From Takakia lepidozioides (taxonomy: Eukaryota; Plantae; Bryophyta), in assembly GCA_030704615.1 (NCBI GenBank), contig CM060732.1, positions 18,538,001-18,602,000 on the forward strand: a DNA stretch of 64,000 bases, in the 5' to 3' direction. The position numbers were made by a program, and so were the translations under genes. This document shows, piece by piece, positions 36,516-46,570 of this stretch. Numbering within the stretch: position 1 is the first letter of the stretch; every line of letters begins with the position of its first letter. Under the pieces are notes generated by a model. That model was not told where the DNA came from, ran no database searches, and saw only the letters and a list, made by a program, of their open reading frames with translations.

Positions 36516-38310
36516 CTACCGTGTAGCTCTCCCCAATGGCATAGTAACCTCCGCCTCGGTAACAGTCGGGCGAGAACTAGGTGCCATGGATGGCGTCGAC
36601 ACTGTCTCCGCCAATGTGAATGACTGAGGAAGCCTAGCCTGACGGCTTGCCTCCCCACGCTGTGGATCCAACTCCACCTCTGCACCTCGTGGCTCAGGAA
36701 CTCGTGCTGCTCCTCGAGTCACGGCTGCAGCAGACTCCACCTGCACTAGTGGTAGTGCTGCTCCACACATGAATCCCATGCCTCCCATATCTCCTCCCTC
36801 AGGAGCAGGAGGTGGACCATCCGGCCTTAGAGCCGGTACCACCTGAGCTGTAGCCATGGCAGCGAGCCTCTGCTCTAGCTGCTGAAGCCGGTTGGCCATG
36901 CCTTGGTCAACACCCTGACCTCCGCGTCCTTGGCCACGTTGAGCTTGCCTTGGCCTGCACCTCGTGGCTGGCCACCTCGTCCTCTCTGGGCTGCTCCACC
37001 TCGCCCCCGGCCACCATTGTTCCTTGGAACTGGCCTGGGCGCAACTCAGGATGCAAACCATAACACTGGCCTCTCCATGCCCGTGCTTGCCACAATGCCC
37101 ACACTGCAACTGTGCAGGCTGTGCATGTGCCGGCCCTTTGCCTCCCTCTGGGCAATCCTTCTTGACATGGGGTCCTCCACATGTCCAGCACACACAATCC
37201 GCCGTTGTTGGCCAGCAAATGAAGGGAGAGACCCCTGCATCTGAGGTCCTCTCTGCCCTTCCCTGAGCTTCACCTGAGCCCCTTGTTGCCTTGAGCACGT
37301 TGAGGTAGTGGTTGGCTAGGAGCACCACTACCCCGTGGTGTCTCCTTAGCAAATCCCACATGACCACTCGTTCCTCCACCATGTTGAGCTCTATCCGCTC
37401 TGCCAGCAAAAACACATTTGCTAAGGTGAGTTGGGCCGCTTGTAGGAGAGTTGCATCCCGCACCCTTCTCCTCAGCTCCTTGTCCAATATCCCATACCAG
37501 AATTGGACTGCCTGAGCTTCCGTAACCCCTTGGGTTACATTTATCAAGCGCCTCATGCGAGTGAAAGCCTCCCTCAAGCTCTCGGTCGGCTTCCGTTGGA
37601 ACTCTTGCAAGCTCCACAACTTCTCTGTCCTCACCCCTTGGTAGTTCCCTCTCAACTCTTCGAAGAACTCCACAACAGGGTTGAAGGCAGGCACGGGTGC
37701 TAGTGCTGGTGCGGTAGTGGCTTGGGTGGATGTCGTAGCTACTGTACCACCAGTCCCACTGCTACTTGCTGAAGCTGCCGGTGCAGCGGCAGGTGTAGCC
37801 ACTGCCCTCGTGGCTCTAGTGCCCCTAGTGATGGAGACATAGTCGGGTGACCAGTACATCCTCCACTCCTCGATCTCAACCTCATGCCCCGCCTGAACTC
37901 ATGGTAATCATCCATAGGCGGCCCCTCAAGGTGCTGAAACAGCCCTTTCCATGCCATGAACGGCGTAAATAGTTGTGGATTGCGCATTTGCTGCAAATCA
38001 CACCAACTATCAAACTCTTGGATAAAATCATCCAACTCAATGGTGCCCACCGCCCCAGAGTACCTTCGTGGCCCTTGGTAGCTCCATACATCTCCTCCAT
38101 TGTGTCCCACAACAATGGCAAAGAAGAAACAACTTGCACCGCCGGTATGAGCCCTCCTGATTCACAATCCGAATCAGAACCTTCCGTGGAAGACACAGGA
38201 GGTGAAGGTGGCCTAAACCGCACACCTCGTCTCGTGTACCCACTAGTATCGCTAGTGCTCGAACCGGCACTGTCCCCAGCAACTAGTGGCACCTCCGTGT
38301 TGACACTCAA
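36516..38310 (-). pseudogene. gag with two zinc knuckles, frameshifted
   Basis: YSGAVGTIELDDFIQEFDSWC, FQRKPTESLREAFTRM. Knuckles CWTCGGPHVKKDC and CGHCGKHGHGE..C, the second completed across a frameshift. Confidence 0.75.
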
Positions 38311-38589
38311 CCGGTCATGAACATGTCCCTAACCCCCTCTCCACAAGGTAACCGGGTAGAGAACCTGTTGCGGCTTATGGTTTGGAATACTAAGTTCCTA
38401 ACATAGCCTACACCTGAACTTGCATGACCATGGGAATATCATGAAGATACTCCTCAAACCGCCCTCCACGAGCTTCAAAATTCGGCCTTCCAGACCAATG
38501 CCAGTCCTTAGTCCACCAGTGCCTCCACGATCAGCACAGGCCATCCCCAGGTCAACACGGGCCACCACAGACCAGCACAGGCCCACACA

Positions 38590-39800
38590 GCTCATTGGTC
38601 ACAGCCGTCACAGTCCCACAGGCCATTGGGCACAGCCTGTCACAGCCCCTCACAGCTCGTCACAGCCTCAAAGGCCTCAGGCACAGCCTGTCACAGCCCC
38701 TCACAGCCCGTCACAGCCCCAAAGGCCTCAGGCACGGCCTGTCACAAGCCCCTCACAGCCGTCACAGCCCCAAAGGTCATGGGCACGGCCTGTCACAGCC
38801 CCTCACAGCCCGTCACAGCCTCAAAGGCCTCAGGCACGGCCTGTCACAGCCCCTCACAGCCCGTCACAGCCCCAAAGGCCTCAGGCACGGCCTGTCACAG
38901 CCCCTCTCAGCCCGTCACAGCCCCAAGGCCATGGGCACGGCCTGTCACAGCCCCTCACAGCCCGTCACAGCCTCAAAGGCCTCAGGCACGGCCTGTCACA
39001 GCCCCTCACAGCCCGTCACAGCCGCAAAGGCCTCAGGCACGGCCTGTCACAGCCCCTCACAGCCCGTCACAGCCCCAAAGGCCTCAGGCACGGCCTGTCA
39101 CAGCCCCTCACAGCCCGTCACAGCCCCAAAGGCCATGGGCACGGCCTGTCACAGCCCCTCACAGCCCGTCACAGCCTCAAAGGCCTCAGGCACGGCCTGT
39201 CACAGCCCATCACAGCCCCAAAGGCCATGGGCACAGCCTGTCACAGCCCGTCACAGCCCCACAGGCCTCAGGGCACAGCCTGTCACAGCCCCGCACAGCC
39301 CGTCACAGCCCCAAAGCCACTGGGCACAGCCTGTCACAGCCTGACACAGCCCGTCACAGCCCCACAGGGCACAGGGCACAGCCTGTCACAGCCCATCACA
39401 GCCCATCACAGCCTCAAAGGCCTCAGGCACGGCCTGTCATAGCCCCTCACAGCCCATCACAGCCCCAAAGGCCATGGGCACAGCCTGTCACAGTCCGTCA
39501 CAGCCCCACAGGCCTCAGGGCACAGCCTATCACAGCCCCACACAGCCTGTCACAGCCCCAAAGGCCACTGGGCACAGCCTGTCACAGCCTGACACAGCCC
39601 GTCACAGCCCCACAGGGCACAGGGCACAGCCTGTCACAGCCCATCACAGCCTGTCACAGCTTGCCACAGCCTGGCACAGCCCGTCACAGCCCCAAAGGCC
39701 ACTGGGCACAGCCCGTCACAGCCCCACAGGGCACAGGGCACAGCCCATCACAGCCCATCACAGCCTGTTACAGCTTGCCATAGCCTGTCACAGCCCCACA
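38590..39800. repeat. About 1.2-kb minisatellite of roughly 10-bp TCACAGCC-type units in the 5' UTR of the DNMT retrotransposon
   Basis: Higher-order about 52-bp unit ggcacggcctgtcacagcccctcacagcccgtcacagccccaaaggcctca. Confidence 0.95.
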
Positions 39801-41289
39801 CATGGCCGCCCTGGCAGTTTAGCCATTTCTCCAAGGGGTTTAGCCACGCCAAGCTAGGGTTTGTGTCTCTTGGACTCTAGGCTTCTTTCCACCGAGCTAT
39901 GGTGGCTGTGAGAAATCAACAAGGTATCCTTGCTCTTTCGGTTCCCACACACCACCATAGTAGCCCTAAGCCATGAGGTGGTTGCCACAAACCAACCCTT
40001 CTTTCTCACTTAGCCTCCCCAAACACGCCACTAAACTCAATGGCAAACAACCAAGCCCTGCTGGTTCCCAGCCCTTGTGAGCACTCATTCAAGCACTCTC
40101 ATTGGCCATAGCATCTGTCTTAGAGCCTATTCCAGCCCTCTACACCTGTTGCTTCAAGAGTTGCGCTCCCTTCAAGCTTGAAGTTGAAACCCCAACTCAC
40201 ATAGGCCCTACAAGTGCTGTTCTTTCACTCCAAGTGGAAACCAGCCCTAGACCTTCCGTTCTAGCTCTCTAAGGCTTGAAAACAAGAGCCTCAATGGGCT
40301 GAAGGCATGCTCCACACATGCCCCACTCTCACCATAAGAGAATCAGCTCATTTGCTTCATTTCTTGCACCCACAAACCTGATAATACAAGCTTCAGCAGG
40401 CTGAAAGCATGCTCTACATGCCCTACAGGGAAACCAGCCCCTTCCTTCCTTTCTTGCACTCCCACACCTAAAAGTGCAAGCCTTCACCAGGCTGATAGCA
40501 TGCTCCACACATACATTGCCCTCACATAAGGGAAGTCAGCCCTTCCCTCTTCCTTGCTTGCCCTCCAAGCTTGAAGATGGAAGCTTCAATGAGCTGAATA
40601 CATGCTCCACACATGCAACCTCTTCACACAAGAGATATCAGCCCCCTATCTTGGCTCCTTGGCTCCTTGATGCTCTCTAAGACAAGACTAAGCACTCCAT
40701 AGCCTTTGCCAAGCTCCTGAAACCCTAAGGCTTACATTTCCAGCCACAAGACACTTCTCTTGTGGTGCAAGAGCTCTTCTTCCAAGCTCTGAAACCCTAG
40801 GTGCACATTCCATGGCCTTGCCGCACCTCTTAGCTCCTGTTCCAGCCCTGCTCTCGCCATGACAAGAGCCCTCTCAATGCTGAAGCTCGAGATTGAAACC
40901 CAATCTCACCATACTCCACAAAGTGCACTGATTTGCCCCAAGCCAAATCAGCCCTTTCGCTTGGTCTTGCAATCCTTCACACAATGAAAGCTCGCATTCC
41001 CAAGTCCAGTTCTCAGCTTTGCCACCAAAGCCACTATAGCCTGCTCTTGACTGGTCCTCTTCCCAATCGTGCTTGCTCATGCATGTACACAATCTGAAAC
41101 CATCAAGGTGCTCTGGAATTACCTACAGTATGGTGCTTTCATCTCTGAAGCTGAAGATCGAATGCCAAGGTTTACCACCTCGTAACCCACATCGCCTCCG
41201 CTTCTAACAACCAAGAGCTCCACGGTGCTCCTTGCATAACAACTTGGTTTCTCTCATTCTCAAGCAAAAACCACAAGTGCTACAACTAA

Positions 41290-41331
41290 CTCGTATCTAG
41301 CACTCATAGATACGAGCTCATCTTTCTCGAG
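41290..41331 (-). promoter_or_regulatory. Putative self-priming site plus adjacent hairpin
   Basis: 41316-41331 GCTCATCTTTCTCGAG is the exact reverse complement of 41497-41512 inside repeat X, and directly abuts the repeat end. 10-bp stem CTCGTATCTA/TAGATACGAG at 41290-41316. Confidence 0.7.
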
Positions 41332-42513
41332 TGATAAAGAAGAAGAATACAAGCACAAGCTCATGCAAGCTCACAAAGCTGAAGCATAAACTCATGCATA
41401 TATAACCTCATCACTCAAATACAAGTCAAGCCAAGTGCACCCCACGCCATGGGGAATCCACACTACGGCGCCATAGCTAGGTGCGGTGAGGCTCAACTCG
41501 AGAAAGATGAGCCTCCCGCGCTTGCCGTGAAGATAACCACTCCAGGGCCTAAATCTGCCTTGACCCCTGGATTGACACTTGGGCCAATCCCAAATGTCAA
41601 TATGTAAAAGCTAGCTATTTCCTAGCTAGTTTCACACTAGTGGTAAAATAACTTGACACCCAAGTGGGTCACTTGGTTGCATGTTTGGAGTCTGATAAAC
41701 TGCAGGCTGGTCCATCAAGATGCTTGTGTACACATGTCTTGAATCTGTACAATGGCAGGCTGTTCTTACCTACCCAAGAGGCCTTGCATGATGCATGTCT
41801 TGGGGTATTTACAAATGGCCAAGTGTGAAGCTGCAATATGTTTTGTCATGCCCAAGAAGTTTACTTGGTTGCATGCCTGAAATGTAATTAATTGCAGGCT
41901 GGTCCTTCAAGGTACTTGTATGAACATATCTTGGATCTGTAGTAGGACAAGCTGTCTTACCTACCCAAGGAGCCTTGCATGATGCATGTCTTGGGGTACT
42001 TACAAATGGCAAAGAACGAAGCTGAAATATGTTTTGTCATGCCCAAGAAGATTACTTGGTTGCGTGTTTGAAATCTGGTAAACTGCAGGCTGGTCCTTCA
42101 AGGTGCTTGTATGTACATACCCTGAATCTGTAGTAGGGCAGGCCTTTCTTACCTACCCATGGAGCCTTGCATGATGCATGTCTTGGGCTATTTACAGGAA
42201 TTTGAACATGAATAGATCCCCCCCTCCCACCCGGTTTTATCATGACTGAATGGGTGTTGTCACTTGGTATGCTATGACAAGACTGGAAGTGTTAGATGGT
42301 GCCATGTCATGGGCTGTTTATGTCTTTAATTGACAATGACCCTAATGGGTCTTGACCATGTCTTGACATGACATGAATATCTTCCCACTCTTCCTTTTCC
42401 AGTGTACTTAGTGGTGTTTGTACACACTATCTACCGTCTTCCTTTCTGGTTATTTCATTGCCAAGTTGTGTTACTAACTCTTATGAACTGGCAGTTGTCC
42501 ATCATATAACTTC

Positions 42514-44360
42514 TTGTGTGGGAAGGATGAAGATCAAGCTTTCTTGGTGGATCAGTCCCTGACCTCCACCAATTCCAGCAATACTAGCTGCCATAAATCA
42601 CCCCAAGGGACTTCATTTGCCACTATGCAAGGGCTGGATTCTGAAGTTCTGGAGGATTCTCCGACTCTAAACATCTTGGAGGACATTTGCAGACTGATTG
42701 AAACCCATGCCCATGGCAGGAAATTCATTACTCATGCGGCAAATCCTACCCCCTTGGGATTCGTACATATGTTATACCCCAACCGAGGTATGGAATGGAT
42801 AAGCCCTAAAAACATGATTAAGGAAGCATTGGTGGCTCATGGCCAACATGACCTTGCTCTCCTTGTTGATGAGATTTTCTTTCGTTGGACCTATCATAAA
42901 CAATGCAGTACTGAATTCTACCAGCCTGCTGTTGTTTTCCGTGATTTCAAATTCTTGCAAGATCTGATTATGTCACCAGAATGCGTCTGTGACAGCACAA
43001 ACATGTTTCGTGCGTTTAGTGATGAGGATACTAAAACAGAGTTCCATCTATCTGGCTCTGTTTTCAAACAACATGTACGTACCATGGATCTAAACATCAT
43101 CAGACTTGACCGATTGAAAGCAGTGTTCAGCCTAGGTATGAATCACATTCCTCTCAAACGCACCTTGTTGAAGGATGTGGTTGAACAAGTCCACTCTGCT
43201 TTTTTCATGACATGTAACATTCTACAAATAGATACTTGTGAGGATTGGGTGTCATCTTGCAGCTTATGGCTGAAAAAGTCATGCTGGGATAGACTGAAAC
43301 AAAAAGCCAGCAAACGTAATGGCCGTTTCAATCACCATGAAAGAAATCCTTTTCTAGTGCAAGAAGCACGGATGAACTAGCATGACTTCTTTCTCACCTT
43401 TACATGTCTGGACTTCACAAGGCTAACAACAATGTATGTTTTATGTGTGTGAAGCACATAAGAACTGAAGCATACCACCGATTGATGGGTAAAGATTTCA
43501 AACCATGTTATGAAAATGAGATATGGCTTTCACCCGATTCTGTCTTGTTAAGCATTTCTGAAGAATTACAGAAGTTGCTACCTGAAATTCCAGCAGTGGC
43601 ATATAACCTCCCCTACATGATGGGAATTTACAAGCTACACAAAAAGAAGTACCGCTGGATTACCAATGCCCATAATTGTATTTTCAGCGAACTTGCCAGT
43701 CTATTGACACGTGCCACCATGGACCTATTGCCTTGGGTAAAGGAATGGGTCAAAGCACGGCTTGATACTTACGAGAATTTTTTCAAAGTGTCCACTTCCA
43801 TGTACTGGATAATAGACTGCATCTCTGATTTTACTCTGAATCTACCTGCAAAGATCCATGACGTGTTTGTCGCTGACATCACTTAATGTTACGAAAACAT
43901 ACCTTTGACAGGTGAAGATAATTTAGGTGCCGCCATCGAATACGTGGTTCAGATTGCCTTCCGGCAATACCACATTGCCCACCCTCGATCCAACCACTCA
44001 CTATGGATTCCAGCCAGGAATGACACCTTCGGGAAATGTAGGTGGGGACCTTCCTCTCCTAAAACTGGTACATGGATTGAGCTCTCCGAAGCTAGATTGC
44101 TTGGGCTCCACAAGTGGTTGATGACTCATTGCTTTGTTGCTTTGGGGGATCGAGTTTGGCAACAAGTTTCTGGCATACCCATGGGTTTTTCATGTTCTCC
44201 TTTATGGTGTAACATTTACTTCTTGTCCTATGAACTAAGATTCATCCTCCGTTTGGCGGCTCTAGGACAGTTCCAGCTTATGGCTAAATTTAAATCAGCC
44301 TTCCGGTACATTGATGACATCTGCTGGTTGAATGTTGGTGATGCTAAGCTATTTCTTGAT
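42514..44360 (+). pseudogene. Penelope-like element reverse transcriptase, Naiad/Chlamys type, truncated
   Basis: CVC..HVRTMDLNII, HKANNNVCFMC, LPYMMGIYKLHK..YRWI, VADIT*CYENIP, QQVSGIPMGFSCSPLWCNIYFLSYE, AFRYIDDICWLN. One frameshift (about 43380) and one in-frame stop (43884). Confidence 0.75.
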
Positions 44361-44957
44361 CGGTCATACAGGACTTCATATAAAGTCACCACTAAGTATA
44401 CACCATTCCAATTAGTTTATGGTATGGAAGCTTTACTTCCAGTGGAATTCTTTTTACCTACCATGAGAACTGAATGGGGAAAAAGAATGGAATTGGAAGA
44501 TTCAATTAAGGTCAGGAAACATGAATTATACCATGTGGAAGAAGTACGTGCTGATTCAGCTGATAACATGACCAGAATTCAGATGAAGAGGAAGGAACAG
44601 TTTGATGAAGGCAAATTAAAGACTTTTAAGACGGGAGATTTGGTTCTCTGGTTGCAGAAGAAGGGGAAGATTAAAGCTTCTAAGCTTAAATCACCATGGA
44701 AGAGACCTTATGTCATACAGAAGATGTATGATAACAACACAGCCATGTTACAAACCATTAACAAAGAGATGCTGGGATAGTCAATGCCAATAAGTTGAAG
44801 GGGTACAGTGGTATCCATGACAATCCATTGCAGCACGATTTGCATGTTGAAACGCAAAAGCAATCATGGGCTGCGCCAGTGATACCAACGGAGTATGGAG
44901 CACTTGTCGCTAGGCCGAGCATATATGACCAAGGCGGGAACTACAGGTGTTCGCATA

Positions 44958-45100
44958 CCTATCACAGCCCATCACAGCGTGACACAGCCTATCACAGCCC
45001 ATCACAGCGTGCCACAGCCTATCACAGCCCATCACAACGTCACACAGCCTATCACAGCCCATCACAGTGCCACACAGCCTATCACAGCTCAACACAGCCT
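44958..45100 (+). repeat. 30-bp tandem repeat atcacagcccatcacagcgtgacacagcct, 4-5 copies
   Basis: Directly visible. Confidence 0.9.
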
Positions 45101-45481
45101 ACCGGGGTTACACAGTCCATAAGATCAGTGACAGGTGGACGTGGGTTAACATCCGGAGAGTGGCCGGCGGAAAAATGGACGGAGGCAGGTTTAGAAATGG
45201 ACACGTGAACGCCAGGGCGAGACACACAGCCGGACATGAATTGCAAGAACGGGTGTCATCAAGAAGGAAGACAAAATTGGCGGTCAAAGAACTTACCCGG
45301 CATGTTAACCAAGATTTATTGTGGGCCCATTAATGCATACAGGGAAAGGGTAACGGAACCCTTTACAAGTACTGAAAAGCGAAATCCTTGTCACATGTGC
45401 TATCCTAGTGGACAGTCCAGGGGGGAAAATCCACGGAAGGGAATTAAATTACAAAACCAATCACAGAGCCAACAGCCAATC

Positions 45482-46207
45482 ATGAGCCAGAATTACCTGC
45501 AGAGGGTATTTTCCAAGAAGCAAGATCAAGAATTTAGAGAAATTATGAGCGCAAGAGTCGGCGTGGTTCCGAGTAACGGGCGTCTCCACAGGGGAGACAA
45601 TCAAAGCTATAGCTTTGAAGCTATGGCGGAAATAACAGACTACACGCTCGCCTTACTACTTACGCAGTGGCACAAGGACAGACGAACGGAGAGTACATTT
45701 TCTCTAAATCGATACTTGCAAGCCCCACAGGCTTATAAGCACTTACCCATTTCATTCTGTGCCAACCATACCTTCATGCTCTGTGCCCTGCAAGCTTTCC
45801 TTCAGCTGTTTCAAACAAAGCCTTTCTGTTTGTCTAGAATGAAGAGAGTGAGGGGAATGGAGGATATCAGGGTGAAGAGCACGACGATACTGCAGAAGCA
45901 AACAATTGCAGCACCGCAGGCAGTACAGCTGCTAAGGGAGTTGCGATTGGAAGGGCTGCTACGCAAAGACTGGTCCTTGCATCATCGGCAATTCATGATA
46001 CAATTTCTTCAGAATTTTGAGAGGTTTTTGCCTCAAACACTCCCATCTCCTTACGTTCCCGAGTATCAAGTATGCAAGATTAAGTGTCTGGCAGATTTGT
46101 GCATCAGTGGTAGCTTTGGTGTGCCAGAAGTGGTTCGAGAGTTTGTGGTGTATTGTTTCCAAACACTAAAACATTATTTTGACGATTTAACATCTAAAAC
46201 AAGCTGA
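45482..46207 (+). CDS. Hypothetical protein, probably a retrotransposon accessory ORF (open from 45236)
   Basis: 323-codon open frame downstream of the integrase; no motif recognised. Confidence 0.35.
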   Translation: MSQNYLQRVFSKKQDQEFREIMSARVGVVPSNGRLHRGDNQSYSFEAMAEITDYTLALLLTQWHKDRRTESTFSLNRYLQAPQAYKHLPISFCANHTFMLCALQAFLQLFQTKPFCLSRMKRVRGMEDIRVKSTTILQKQTIAAPQAVQLLRELRLEGLLRKDWSLHHRQFMIQFLQNFERFLPQTLPSPYVPEYQVCKIKCLADLCISGSFGVPEVVREFVVYCFQTLKHYFDDLTSKTS

Positions 46208-46570
46208 CCCACAAACAAGAAAGGTCCGATGTTATGCCACCTCATTCTCCTCCAGCCAAGAGGACTAGGGATGAGCTCCCCTCGATTCCGTCCTCCATTA
46301 GTCCCAGAGTCTTATTTGGGCAATGACTGGACCGGACACAATGATCGGAGACTTAGCAGCAGTGCCCTGTAACCTCTTCATCTCGTCCACCAATCCGTTG
46401 TACATTAACTCCGCCCAAGCGACATCCTCTCCCCTCAAAGCTTTCAGGATCTCCTCTGTGAATGACCTGCTCAAATACTGTTGGTTCTGTTTCATGGCAA
46501 ACAGAACGTTCAAGATTTGGCCAACTTCCCTAAGCCCTGGGTACTCGGCTTTGGTACAAGCGTAGCCTTG

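Larger units (their letters stand above)
30045..41658 (-). mobile_element. Ty3/Gypsy-like retrotransposon with DNA methyltransferase and PHD finger; split direct repeats; 4-bp TSD CCCA
   Basis: Domain order gag-PR-DNMT-RT-RH-INT-PHD on the minus strand. CCCA at 30041-30044 and 41659-41662. Element ends TGTCAAG...CACGACA. Repeat X (327 bp) at 30234-30560 and 41332-41658; repeat Y (188 bp) at 30045-30232 and 30563-30750. PPT-like AGGGGGGCGAT next to 30750. Confidence 0.92.
28015..42390 (+). mobile_element. Third member of the modular repeat family (hairpin + left arm), split by the 11.6-kb retrotransposon at 30045-41658
   Basis: 28030-29760 is the reverse complement of about 21200-23000. Joining the flanks across the insertion restores ttgtcatgCCCAag, the start of the about 191-bp tandem unit at 41659-42200. 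Terminal motif at 42332-42390. Confidence 0.65.
44361..46570 (+). mobile_element. 3' remnant of a non-chromovirus Ty3/Gypsy element (integrase C-terminus and extra-ORF region); continues at 53543-53800
   Basis: SYRTSYKVTTKYTPFQLVYGMEALLPVEF..FKTGDLVLW..KLKSPWKRPY (GPY/F-like). The antisense ORF rejoins across the CCTTG TSD. Confidence 0.7.

Noticed and set aside
38420-39857. Long plus-strand ORFs (340, 249, 385 aa)
   Set aside because: They are translations of the stop-free CACAGCC minisatellite, open in all three frames.
30045-41658. DIRS/PAT/Ngaro tyrosine-recombinase element
   Set aside because: It has an aspartic protease, an HHCC-DDE integrase and a TSD; no tyrosine recombinase motifs were seen, and the MTase is C5-type rather than the DAM-like type of DIRS.
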